Under the pieces are notes generated by a model, which was given only the letters and a program-made list of their open reading frames with translations, was not told the DNA's origin and did no database searches. From NCBI GenBank assembly GCA_041178425.1, contig JBEGVH010000006.1, positions 32,001-96,000 on the forward strand: 64,000 bases of DNA, given 5' to 3'. The DNA is from Pseudomonadota bacterium. Lineage in GTDB: Bacteria > Bdellovibrionota > Bdellovibrionia > Bdellovibrionales > Bdellovibrionaceae. Below, piece by piece: positions 30,016 through 39,342 of the stretch (the first letter of the stretch is position 1; each line of letters opens with the position of its first letter). The position numbers and the translations under genes are program-made.

Positions 30016-30837
30016 TTATTGGACAATTGCCTGTAGTTCAATTCTGGCCTGATTAATCCACTCTTTGTAAGCAATCGCGTTCGTGTAAACAGCAAATTGA
30101 CCGCAGTCATCATTGGGATCATTGAGTCCACGACTCGTCACGCCCCAAAGAGCATGTCCAGCGGTGGTTAGAACGTAGGCTGGTCCTCCGGAGTCACCGT
30201 GACAGGCGCCTGAGCCATTTCTCTGGTCTAGGCTCACCTCAGTTTTTCCATGTTTAGGATCAGCGATTGAGACACTGGTTTTACGTAGCAGCCCAGAACC
30301 CTCTTTTTTGATGGCATCTGCTAAACCGTAACCAGCCAAAATGGTAACCTGACCCGTCTGAAGATTATCCTCAGTCAAAAGTGAGGTTGGGCGGTAGCCT
30401 TGAGGGAGTTGTCCGGAAATTTTCAAGACCGCAATATCACCCCAGTCGCTGGGTTCGAGAAATTTTTGTCCCCATGTTGTTGGGATAACAGCTCCAATCA
30501 CTTTATTGACTGCCGTGATAGTATCGAGGCTGTTACCAAAAAACACCCGAAGGTTTTTGGGCTCTTTGGCCACACAGTGAGCGGCCGTGAGTACGTAGGA
30601 TTCTGCGATCAGAGAGCCTGTGCAAAGGGAGTTATTCTCTAGGTTGTAGATACCTACGATGGTGGCTGCAAATTCATCCGTAGGTTTTACCTCATGTCCA
30701 TTGATAATATTAAATGGAGAATTTTGAGCGAGGTTGAGGATCTCTCCATCAATCGTTTTAAGTGTCTTTCCTGAAGGTGCGCACGCGGCCAAGACGCTAA
30801 GAACGACAAGGATCAAGAGACCGTTTATTTTGTTCAT
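30016..30837 (-). CDS. Trypsin-like S1 serine protease, lipoprotein
   Basis: LAAC lipobox; IING activation site; LTAAHC, DIAVL, GDSGGP triad. Confidence 0.93.
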   Translation of the reverse strand: MNKINGLLILVVLSVLAACAPSGKTLKTIDGEILNLAQNSPFNIINGHEVKPTDEFAATIVGIYNLENNSLCTGSLIAESYVLTAAHCVAKEPKNLRVFFGNSLDTITAVNKVIGAVIPTTWGQKFLEPSDWGDIAVLKISGQLPQGYRPTSLLTEDNLQTGQVTILAGYGLADAIKKEGSGLLRKTSVSIADPKHGKTEVSLDQRNGSGACHGDSGGPAYVLTTAGHALWGVTSRGLNDPNDDCGQFAVYTNAIAYKEWINQARIELQAIVQ

Positions 30838-30993
30838 AAGCCCCCCCGGCTTCTGAGATCGAACCTACCATCATTAGTGACAGAACACTGGCCGATTTAG
30901 GGCCACTTCTAGATAAAAAATTCTCAAAAATCCAACACTTTGTTTTGATTGGAACCATAAGTAAAAGTTATACAAAAGTCAGGAGGAGCGTTT

Positions 30994-31818
30994 ATGCCCG
31001 AGTTGCCAGAGGTTGAAAATGTTTGTCGTTCCCTCTCAAAAGCGCTTCCGAGTGCATTGAGATTGGTTGGTTTGGAGTTCTTTAGAAAAGACCTCCGTTT
31101 TCCAATTCCCCAAGCGACCATGAAAAAATTACTGGATTCTGATCTGATAAAGATTGAGCGAAGGGGAAAGTACATACTTTTTGAGCTCACCCGCGGGATT
31201 CTTGTTTCCCATCTTGGCATGACAGGGCAATGGCGAGTGACAAAGGGTGTTCCCAAGGAGCAGAAACATGACCATGTTCAACTTCGCTTCGCTTCGGATT
31301 TGACCCTGACCTACAATGATCCTCGTCGATTTGGTTATCTGTTGTTCGCCGAAGATCAGGCCGCTTTTTTAACCCTTCCGGAAATTTCAAGGTTGGGGGT
31401 GGAGCCACTGTCTGATCAGTTTTCGGCTCTTCGGCTGTTTAATTCTGCCAAAGGGTCACGGCGAGCAGTGAAGGTGTTTTTAATGGATCAAGCCAATGTG
31501 GTGGGTATTGGTAATATCTATGCGTCAGAGGTTTTGTACTTAGCCCACATCAAACCAAATAAAGGTGCGGGCCGATTAAAACTTGATCAATGGGAGAGCC
31601 TCGTGGCAGCCACCAAGGAGATTTTGACGGAGGCTATTCGCACTGGAGGGTCCACCATCCGCGATTACCGAAACCCTGAGGGTTATGTTGGAGGGTATCA
31701 ACAAAAACATCAGGTCTACAATAGAGCGGGTAAACCCTGCTATGCTTGTGGCACGAAAGTAAAATCGCAAGTCCTTGGAGGACGGGCCACTTATTGGTGC
31801 CCGAAGTGTCAAACCTAG
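30994..31818 (+). CDS. mutM: Formamidopyrimidine-DNA glycosylase
   Basis: MPELPEVE, RRGKY, HLGMTG, DPRRFG, GIGNIYASE, C-terminal Zn finger. Confidence 0.97.
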   Translation: MPELPEVENVCRSLSKALPSALRLVGLEFFRKDLRFPIPQATMKKLLDSDLIKIERRGKYILFELTRGILVSHLGMTGQWRVTKGVPKEQKHDHVQLRFASDLTLTYNDPRRFGYLLFAEDQAAFLTLPEISRLGVEPLSDQFSALRLFNSAKGSRRAVKVFLMDQANVVGIGNIYASEVLYLAHIKPNKGAGRLKLDQWESLVAATKEILTEAIRTGGSTIRDYRNPEGYVGGYQQKHQVYNRAGKPCYACGTKVKSQVLGGRATYWCPKCQT

Positions 31819-31858
31819 TGGTCTTTCGGTCGTTTTTGGGGGCGTCAGAGCCTAATCG

Positions 31859-31874
31859 TGGCATCTTTTTTGAA
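31859..31874 (+). promoter_or_regulatory. Sigma54-like promoter (variant -12)
   Basis: TGGCATCTTTTTTGAA, 13 nt before ATG at 31888; TTGA instead of TTGC. Confidence 0.35.
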
Positions 31875-31887
31875 TACAAAGAGTTCG

Positions 31888-33948
31888 ATGAGTAAATACC
31901 TCGTGTTTATCAAAAAACTGTCATTGGTTTTATCGATTTTTTTGTCGATGTCCCTTTTTGCAGGGAATCAACGTTGTCTCGATAGTCTTCAGGAGAAAAA
32001 GAATCAGTCTTCGAACGATGGGCCATCCGAGCAAGTCACTCTCGAGGTCCAAAGGGCTTATGTTGAAGGTGTGGCACGAGGAAATAAAATTGTTTTTCTA
32101 CGCGGTGAGGATTATCGACAGAGTGTTCAGTCGGATGCGATTCCGGTGAATTCTATTCTTGTTCTTGATGAGCTTCCACTGATTGAGGATTTGCCTCTTG
32201 TCTCTGGCATACTGATAAATAAAAATCTTTCCCTCGAAGCGTCTCATGTACAATTTCTAGCAGAAAAGCTAGGGATTCCCTTGGTAACAGTTGAGTCTGT
32301 CTTTGATCATCAAGCGTTGCGAACCCTGTCTAAAACATTTTCCCAATTTGAACTGAGTTGTCGTTCTCATCGTTGTGATCTAAAGGCCAGTAATGAGCCG
32401 TTCACTCAAGGGAGTCGCCTCGAGTCTGTTTTACCTAAAAAAGCTGACCGATTTAGCCGTGATCTTTTCTCTATAAAAGATGAATTGACTTCGAGTCCGC
32501 GCGAAATTTCTGGAGATAAGTATTTCAGTTTAATGCAGTTTAAAAAACAATTTAATGATTTGGTGCCCGAGATCACCTCTTTATCGAGCGGGTACTTTGA
32601 GTCCTTTTTGGATAGAGCGCACTATGAGGGGGTTCTTCTGAGGGTTGTGCGGCGACAGGCTCTCAAAGGTATTGAGGAGGCCAATGCGAGAAACGACGAA
32701 GACGCAATTAAGAATATTTTGGCGAATCTCCGCAACGCCTTTTTAAAAGCCGAACCAGTAAGATCGTGGTCGAGACCATTTTTTGAAGACACCACCCGTG
32801 TTCTTAAAAAATTCTATCGAGGTTCGGATCGCAGTTCTTTCTCCTTCAGGAGCAACAATGACGTAGAAGATCTTCTCGCAACGGGTCTCTATAAGAGTAA
32901 AGTGATTAGTGGTCTTCAGGCTCCCTTAGTCGAAGAGGCCTTGCGTTCTATCTGGGCTTCTCTCTATGACTACCGATCTTATGTCATCCGACGCTATTGG
33001 GGTCAACAGGAGCAAAATCTCTCAATGCCCATCATGGTGCATCCCTTCATCGAGGGAAGTAACTCTCATGCGGTGGGATCTTTTCGAATGAACGCTCATG
33101 AACAGTTAGAGTTCGACATTAATATGGTGCAGGGAAGGGGTGAACGCGCAACGAATCCATCAGACAAAGCGAAAACCTTCCATTTTAAGATAATCACCGA
33201 TGCGATAGGTGTGGCACAATGGGCTCAACCTAACAAAATCCAAATCGAAGGAATCTCGCAGGTTCAAGCTCAGGCACTCCTGACTTTTGTTTCGAGAGTT
33301 CAGAAGTTTGTGAAAGAAGAGTTCTTACATCGCGACTACGTCTTGTCTGCGGTGAATCTGGAGTTTGTCATCGAGTCAGGACGTTTTTTCTGGAATAAGC
33401 CCAAGATTTCTGTTCTTCAATACAAGCCAAGTCTTGCCAAAGAAGTCGCCTTGGGAGTCATTAGTGGAAGTATTCCCAGAGACCTTACTGAGAAGAACAA
33501 TCCTTCCGTTGATTCTCAAGAACTCAATAAAGAGCTGAGTAGACTTGGGGTTAAAAAAATGTCTGACTATGATCCCGCAACCCGTCAACACACTCGCTAT
33601 GCTTTGGTTATGAAAGACGGTGAGCCTTCGATCGTTTTTTGGGACAGCGGAGAATATCATCAACGTATGAAGGTCAAGCTCGAGCGATTGGGAATGAGAT
33701 GGATAAAGAGTGGGTATATTTTAAAGAGTAAAAAAAACGAATTGGCGCGTCTCGAATTTTCAGCGACGACCATTCGATATGGTGTTGATGTGGAAATGCC
33801 CCACGAGTCGTCGCAACGACTTTTTCAGGGAGCTCTCACAAGAACTCTCAACGAGGATTCCCTTCTCCGTGATTTTCTGATTGAATCGAAAGCCGAAGTT
33901 AGTTTTTTTACCTCTGAGGGAGAAGGCTCTGTCGAACTTGATCTCTAA
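31888..33948 (+). CDS. Exported PEP/pyruvate-binding (PPDK-like ATP-grasp) protein with upstream phospho-His domain
   Basis: Signal peptide; ASHVQFLAEKLGIP (phospho-His swivel motif), GDKY, FRSNNDVEDL..TGLYKS, IWASLY..R...R, MPIMV. Confidence 0.7.
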   Translation: MSKYLVFIKKLSLVLSIFLSMSLFAGNQRCLDSLQEKKNQSSNDGPSEQVTLEVQRAYVEGVARGNKIVFLRGEDYRQSVQSDAIPVNSILVLDELPLIEDLPLVSGILINKNLSLEASHVQFLAEKLGIPLVTVESVFDHQALRTLSKTFSQFELSCRSHRCDLKASNEPFTQGSRLESVLPKKADRFSRDLFSIKDELTSSPREISGDKYFSLMQFKKQFNDLVPEITSLSSGYFESFLDRAHYEGVLLRVVRRQALKGIEEANARNDEDAIKNILANLRNAFLKAEPVRSWSRPFFEDTTRVLKKFYRGSDRSSFSFRSNNDVEDLLATGLYKSKVISGLQAPLVEEALRSIWASLYDYRSYVIRRYWGQQEQNLSMPIMVHPFIEGSNSHAVGSFRMNAHEQLEFDINMVQGRGERATNPSDKAKTFHFKIITDAIGVAQWAQPNKIQIEGISQVQAQALLTFVSRVQKFVKEEFLHRDYVLSAVNLEFVIESGRFFWNKPKISVLQYKPSLAKEVALGVISGSIPRDLTEKNNPSVDSQELNKELSRLGVKKMSDYDPATRQHTRYALVMKDGEPSIVFWDSGEYHQRMKVKLERLGMRWIKSGYILKSKKNELARLEFSATTIRYGVDVEMPHESSQRLFQGALTRTLNEDSLLRDFLIESKAEVSFFTSEGEGSVELDL

Positions 33949-34055
33949 GATTGTCGTAAGAGCCGGGTGAGTGTTCTGGTCCTGTCTAAGAGTTCAACAC
34001 CAGAATGGGGCTCCATTCGTTATGGGGGGCCTGAGGTGTCTCTTTGTCTTAAGCC

Positions 34056-34082
34056 TAAAGTTTTACCGACGAACGCCGATAG
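34056..34082 (+). promoter_or_regulatory. Sigma28/FliA promoter
   Basis: TAAAGTTT-N11-GCCGATAG, near-perfect consensus. Confidence 0.8.
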
Positions 34083-34151
34083 GAGGTGTGAGCCACGCCC
34101 ATCATCAAGTGTTGAGACGGATGTGCCTCAAAGAAAATTAAAGGGGAATTT

Positions 34152-34391
34152 ATGTCTAAAAAAGAACAAGTTCAAAAATCTTCCGAGCCCAAACAAACTT
34201 CAAATGTTGTATCAATCGTTGTTGATCGATGCAAGGCAGAGGGCTGTAAGAGCAAAGTGGCTCGTGCGGGATTTTGTGAGGAGCATTTTGTTTGGTTTAA
34301 AGAAGGTCTAGTCACTGCCGACGGACACATGGCTAAAGATTTTGAAAAGAAATATCAACACTTTATGAAAAAACATCGAAAAGTAAGTTAA
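34152..34391 (+). CDS. Small basic protein with C-x4-C-x9-C-x2-H putative zinc finger
   Basis: CKAEGCKSKVARAGFCEEH; AAGGGGA SD; FliA promoter upstream. Confidence 0.8.
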   Translation: MSKKEQVQKSSEPKQTSNVVSIVVDRCKAEGCKSKVARAGFCEEHFVWFKEGLVTADGHMAKDFEKKYQHFMKKHRKVS

Positions 34392-34704
34392 AAGATTGGT
34401 TGTACGTCACTTTTAACTCTGATCGGGCTTGGCATGCATCTTACCAAAAGAGGATCATGCCAAGTGTAAAGCCGATTAGAAATCCACGCGCTATATATTT
34501 GCTCCATTGGTTCATATCTCTCTCTATCGGAATTTCTTTTTAAGTCTAAATTCAAAAAAACAGCTCGGACATTGAGAAAGCATGCCTCAATGTCGAAACC
34601 GCCTTTTGTCTCACATTGAAGCAGGTCATTGATAGCAAATTGAATCTTGGTTTTTCCCTACGAAAGGCCTTGAGTGGTCGATCTATTAAACCGAAAAGAA
34701 CAAC

Positions 34705-35265
34705 ATGACGAGTTTTCTGTCCCAGTATCACCAGCGCGCCCCAAGATACATTCTGCTCCCTCAGGATGAATGTCTTATTCGTGTGGCGGGTCCAAAACAA
34801 ACTCCGTGGGAAGAAGGTACCGAAATTCGTAATATTTCTAACTCTGGTTTATGTTTCACTGCTCCTAATATTTTACTTCCAAAGCTGGGCGAATTTGTTC
34901 GAGTTCAATTTGAAGTTCCAGGCTCCAAGCAAATGGCTTGCAATGGTCGAGTGGTGCGCATCGACAAATTAGGGGTCGACTCGTCTCTCGTCGGCCTAGA
35001 ATTTGAAACCTTAACATCTGCGCAGAGATGGAATCTGACTCGTGGACTTAAAAATAAAGTTAAGGATGAAAAAGAGTTAGTGATCGAGCACGGTCGCCGC
35101 GAAATAAGACAGGGCCTTTGGGGGAAAATATTTTACGCAGCTGCAGGGGTTAGTCTTTTTTTTGCAACTTTTTTATTAATTGCCGTCTTTAAAGTTTTAG
35201 TGAATCCAGACTGGTTCGAAAGCTTATACGTCCTAGCTAAATCATTTTTTGTTACAACCCAATAA
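34705..35265 (+). CDS. PilZ-domain protein with C-terminal transmembrane helix
   Basis: QRAPRY, NISNSG, GRVVR, GLEF; hydrophobic C-terminus. Confidence 0.85.
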   Translation: MTSFLSQYHQRAPRYILLPQDECLIRVAGPKQTPWEEGTEIRNISNSGLCFTAPNILLPKLGEFVRVQFEVPGSKQMACNGRVVRIDKLGVDSSLVGLEFETLTSAQRWNLTRGLKNKVKDEKELVIEHGRREIRQGLWGKIFYAAAGVSLFFATFLLIAVFKVLVNPDWFESLYVLAKSFFVTTQ

Positions 35266-35291
35266 AAAAGCCCCTCGAAATTTGAGGGGCT
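35264..35291 (-). terminator. Intrinsic terminator between convergent genes
   Basis: AGCCCCTC/GAGGGGCT stem with left A run. Confidence 0.8.
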
Positions 35292-35321
35292 CGTGATTTT
35301 TTATCTGATGGAGTCGAATCA

Positions 35322-36533
35322 CTAAAAGGTAGGTTTTAAAGTTGAGTTGCTGAGATCAAGCGCGAAAGCGACCGCTAGTTTAGTAAAAGAAGCAGAGTGC
35401 TTGAAGTTGAGCTGTGGTGAAACGACGTCGTCGGCGGTGTGGATATTTTGGTTCATCGACTGAAACGTGGCTTCGAAAGGCATAATGGTCGGGTAGCCCT
35501 GCCGGTGCCATGAAGCATGATCACTGCATCCATAACCACACTGGTCTTCTCGCCATTGCGCCCCAATATAATGATCATTGAGTGCTCTTGCGTAACCACG
35601 AAGCCATGGGTTTGTGAAATCTGTCATATCGCCAACAATAAGTTCTCCTTCGCCCGGAAAAAGAGTCATGTCTAATTGTAACACTCCAACCACTTCAATT
35701 TTATTTTGACCATAGGTTTGGGCAATCTCGCTGGAGCCAACAAGGCCAATTTCTTCGCCTGCATACCAGAAAAAGTCGATAGAACGAGAGGGCTGCTCTT
35801 GAAGAGAAACAATTCTAAGTGCTTCAAGAAGGTTTGACGATCCGGACGCATTGTCATCGGCGCCTGGTGCGCGACCAAAACCCCAATTAGCAATACTATC
35901 AAGATGCCCGCCGAGGACGACCACTTCGTGTGGACGCTCTTTCCCTTGCAAACGCACATGGACTGATTTTTGTGGCGTTTTCGTGTGAGAGATAGTTTCT
36001 ACGACATAGGGGTATTTGAGCCCCTGGAGCATTTGGCGAGCCCGTTGTGCCAATTCTTCTACGGGTTGGTTGTTGTTTGGGCCTTTGTGATAACGGCTTG
36101 GAAACTGAGAGAGCCATTGTACGGTTGAACGTAAATTGTCTTCACTCACTTGGTGCACAGCTGATTCTATCGCGGCTTGCTTCGGAATGTGTGGTATTGT
36201 TTCCGATAAAAATTGAAAGGCTTGTGCCTGTGACTTTTGGAACCGCAGAAACTCAAAATTTTCATTGGCATCATAGGAATCGGGGAGTTGTTCGAAGCCA
36301 CCGCACTTTCCAAAGCGGTGAGCCGAATGAGAAAGAGTTGATGCCTGGTACTCAGAGACCTCCGCAACGGAGAGATGAAGTTCTTCATCGCTGGCCAGAG
36401 GGGTGATGCCCATGGCTTTTAAAAAAAGTGTATCCGCTAAAATTTTTGTTGGCTTGGCTGAGGCCGTTTCCATCAAAAAAAAGACGATGAGTGTAGATAA
36501 ACAAAACACCAAACCTTGGCGATTGAAAGACAT
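35322..36533 (-). CDS. Secreted M28 leucyl aminopeptidase (Vibrio AAP-like)
   Basis: Signal peptide, CGGF propeptide, GGHLDS, APGADDNASG, AGEE, QLDMT, CGYGCSDHASW. Confidence 0.92.
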   Translation of the reverse strand: MSFNRQGLVFCLSTLIVFFLMETASAKPTKILADTLFLKAMGITPLASDEELHLSVAEVSEYQASTLSHSAHRFGKCGGFEQLPDSYDANENFEFLRFQKSQAQAFQFLSETIPHIPKQAAIESAVHQVSEDNLRSTVQWLSQFPSRYHKGPNNNQPVEELAQRARQMLQGLKYPYVVETISHTKTPQKSVHVRLQGKERPHEVVVLGGHLDSIANWGFGRAPGADDNASGSSNLLEALRIVSLQEQPSRSIDFFWYAGEEIGLVGSSEIAQTYGQNKIEVVGVLQLDMTLFPGEGELIVGDMTDFTNPWLRGYARALNDHYIGAQWREDQCGYGCSDHASWHRQGYPTIMPFEATFQSMNQNIHTADDVVSPQLNFKHSASFTKLAVAFALDLSNSTLKPTF

Positions 36534-36640
36534 GATTCCCTCCCTAGTGCAATCAGACCATGGAGTGTCAGCAAATCATTTCAGACTGTCAACACTGCGT
36601 TGGGGAAGAGTGATGCTATTGGGCGTCAAATGAGGCTTGT

Positions 36641-37552
36641 TTAGGACGATGGAGGAAGGATCGAGGGTAGTTTCCATTGGTATTGAAGGTGAGCTTTTGA
36701 AAAACCGAGTTCGGAGCATTGGAGAGCGTGCCACTCAAAGGGAAGTGCATGAGCAGGGCCACCGTAGCTGACGTCACCCAAAAGGGGATTTTGTTCAAAC
36801 GAGAGTTGGGCGCGAATTTGATGGGTACGACCGGTGTGGAGTTGTAGCCGGTAATAATTGATGCCGCGGAGATGAGTCTGAAGCGATTGTTCTAGAGGCC
36901 ATCGTTCGCTACTCTGACTTTGAAGAATTTCAAGTTCACAAATTTTCCATTTTTCTACCGGTTCTCGGGAGAGAATTTTTGGAGCTCGAGCATGAGGGCG
37001 CATCCAATGGGTTTGGGAGCCAGGAGTTAGGAGAGGACCGAGGCTCAAGGCCTCATAAATTTTTGTTGTTTTACGTTCTTCGAGGGTTCGATTGAAGTCG
37101 GCTTGAAAGGTTTTGTTTTTGGCTAAAAGCATGAGGCCCGAAGTGCCGACATCAAGTCGGTGAGTAATAAAAAGCGGGCGCTGAAAGTAGGTAGAGAGTT
37201 CATAGAGAACATTTTCGATGCGGTTATCAAGACTGGGCTGCGAGGGTAAGCCTGCCGGTTTGTTGATCACAATAAAGTCATTTTCGTCGGCAACAATTCG
37301 GGGCGACCAATTGATCTCTCGCAAAAATCTCTTGGGCTCGGTGTGGCAACGAAGAATATCTCCGACATCGACAGAAATATTTTCGGTCACTCGCTCAAAG
37401 TTGCAGTAAATAGCACCAAGATGGATCAGATAATCAGCATCTGCCGAACTTAATTGCAAATGAGTTTGCAAGTAATCGCTTAAGTTTTGTGTTTTTCTCA
37501 CTCGAAAAAAACGAATTCGCTTCATTCTCAACCTCAGATTTTGATCTAGCAT
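36641..37552 (-). CDS. RluA/RluD-family pseudouridine synthase
   Basis: INKPAGL, HRLDVGTSG, TGRTHQIR, GDVSYG. Confidence 0.92.
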   Translation of the reverse strand: MLDQNLRLRMKRIRFFRVRKTQNLSDYLQTHLQLSSADADYLIHLGAIYCNFERVTENISVDVGDILRCHTEPKRFLREINWSPRIVADENDFIVINKPAGLPSQPSLDNRIENVLYELSTYFQRPLFITHRLDVGTSGLMLLAKNKTFQADFNRTLEERKTTKIYEALSLGPLLTPGSQTHWMRPHARAPKILSREPVEKWKICELEILQSQSSERWPLEQSLQTHLRGINYYRLQLHTGRTHQIRAQLSFEQNPLLGDVSYGGPAHALPFEWHALQCSELGFSKAHLQYQWKLPSILPPSS

Positions 37553-37671
37553 GGGGCTCAGTGAGAATCAGGACCTAAGTGTTAAAAATGAAGAGATTAT
37601 GCGTGGTGTTGCTAGAAATGTATGTTTTCTTGAGGTTCCCAAAGTATCTTGTTACTAAGGCGATCTATTTT

Positions 37672-38340
37672 ATGAATATTGCAAATGAGACTGTTTTTAA
37701 ATGGTTAGTCCAATACGCTTATGAACCTGGAATTGTTTATACAATTGTTACCTTGATCATGTTTGCGAGCGCCTTTGGATTTCCCTTGCCAGAAGAAGTA
37801 ACTATTCTCAGTGTGGGCATTCTTGCCTACATGGCAGCCCATCCCTCTGTGTTTCCACCTCCCTACGAGGGAGCTCATGGCATTGAGGTCGCTGAAGCGG
37901 CTCTTGTTTGTTTTGTTGCAGTGATTATCAGTGATCTTGTCGTTTACGTTCTTGGTCGTCGCTATGGTCCCAAATTAATGAGATGGCGAATGATCGAGCG
38001 TTTGATCACACCTGACGCCCTAAAAAAAATTGAATCATGGACTGCTCGTTACGGAATGTGGGCTGCGGCTGTGTTTCGTTTTACACCAGGGCTTCGTTTT
38101 CCGGGTTTTTGGACCTGTGGAATGGCAGGGCTTTCTCCTTGGCGATTTTTGCTCGCTGATGGTGGAGCGGCACTGATCAGTGTGCCCACTCAGGTTTATC
38201 TGGTCGCCACTTACGGCGAAAGTATTTTTGGCTTTTTAAAACAAATGAAAGTGATTATCTTTTCTGGAATTGCCATCTTAGTGATGCTTTATTACATCCG
38301 CCGTTTTATGCAATTGCGACGACAAAAATCTTCCCGCTAG
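37672..38340 (+). CDS. DedA family membrane protein
   Basis: GFPLPEE, D...Y.LGR.YG, RFTPGLR. Confidence 0.9.
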   Translation: MNIANETVFKWLVQYAYEPGIVYTIVTLIMFASAFGFPLPEEVTILSVGILAYMAAHPSVFPPPYEGAHGIEVAEAALVCFVAVIISDLVVYVLGRRYGPKLMRWRMIERLITPDALKKIESWTARYGMWAAAVFRFTPGLRFPGFWTCGMAGLSPWRFLLADGGAALISVPTQVYLVATYGESIFGFLKQMKVIIFSGIAILVMLYYIRRFMQLRRQKSSR

Positions 38341-38532
38341 TCCGAAGATGCCTTTGTTAAAACATCGGCGTGATTTTTTCCGTGGAAACTCAAACAAGCG
38401 GTGCTCGCTTCGGAAACAAGTTTCCTTCAGCTGCGCTCCGAACTCGTTTTCCGAAAAAAATTACGCCGATGTTTTAACAAACGCATCTTTAGTGGCTGAA
38501 GGAAGACTTGATTCGTGCCAGGAACTCCTAAC

Positions 38533-38563
38533 TTGACATCCCCTCGGTAACTATCAGTATAGT
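38533..38563 (+). promoter_or_regulatory. Sigma70-type promoter of the SOD gene with a 19-bp spacer
   Basis: TTGACA-N19-TATAGT. Confidence 0.5.
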
Positions 38564-38620
38564 AGATGGGACAAAATGCGTCGTTTGTTCGGCGCTCAAT
38601 GCCTTTGCAAGGAGAACACA

Positions 38621-39214
38621 ATGGCTTTCGAACTTCCAAAACTTCCCTATGGTGATTCTGATCTTCAACCAGTGATTTCAGCGCAAACAATGAGCTTTCA
38701 CTACGGAAAGCATCACAAAGCGTATGTCGATAACTTGAATAAATTGGTTGAAGGCACGCCGATGGCTCAACAGAGCCTCGAGCAAATTATTATGGCAACG
38801 GCTGGACAAGCCGATAAAGCGGGTATTTTTAATAATGCCGCCCAGGTATGGAATCACACTTTTTACTGGAATTGTTTAAAACCAAAAGGTGGCGGTAAGC
38901 CTTCAGCCGCCTTACTCAGCAAGATTGAAGCTGATTTTGGAGATTTTGAAACATTTAAAAAAGAGCTTGTGAATGCTGCGCTTACTCAGTTTGGAAGCGG
39001 TTGGGCTTGGCTCGTGTCTGATGCGGGTAAATTAAAAATAGTTAAAACGGCAAATGCTGAAGTTCCTTTTACTAAAGGGCAAAAGTGTTTGTTGACGATC
39101 GATGTGTGGGAACATGCCTACTACCTTGATTTCCAAAATCGCCGCGCTGATTACGCTAACGCAGTTTTTGATCAGTTGATTAACTGGGAATTTGTTGAAA
39201 AAAACCTCGGCTAA
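38621..39214 (+). CDS. sodB: Fe superoxide dismutase
   Basis: [15 protein letters not shown] (Fe-type), [22 protein letters not shown]. Confidence 0.93.
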   Translation: MAFELPKLPYGDSDLQPVISAQTMSFHYGKHHKAYVDNLNKLVEGTPMAQQSLEQIIMATAGQADKAGIFNNAAQVWNHTFYWNCLKPKGGGKPSAALLSKIEADFGDFETFKKELVNAALTQFGSGWAWLVSDAGKLKIVKTANAEVPFTKGQKCLLTIDVWEHAYYLDFQNRRADYANAVFDQLINWEFVEKNLG

Positions 39215-39342
39215 AGTCTAAAAACAATTCATTTTAGAGTCTCACGATAGTGAGGAATTGCGTTGGCTGACGTCACCGTTGAAACTAGAAAAATATTTTC
39301 AACGGTGGCCAAGTCGTGCCACTTCTTCAATGAGGCAGTAAA

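Noticed and set aside
30841..30847. C7 tract (also G7 near 2372) as a phase-variation site
   Set aside because: Short, and positioned exactly as G-rich SD sequences before start codons.
33967..34311. 114-aa ORF overlapping the zinc-finger gene
   Set aside because: It spans the FliA promoter and has no SD or recognisable motifs; 34152-34391 is better supported.
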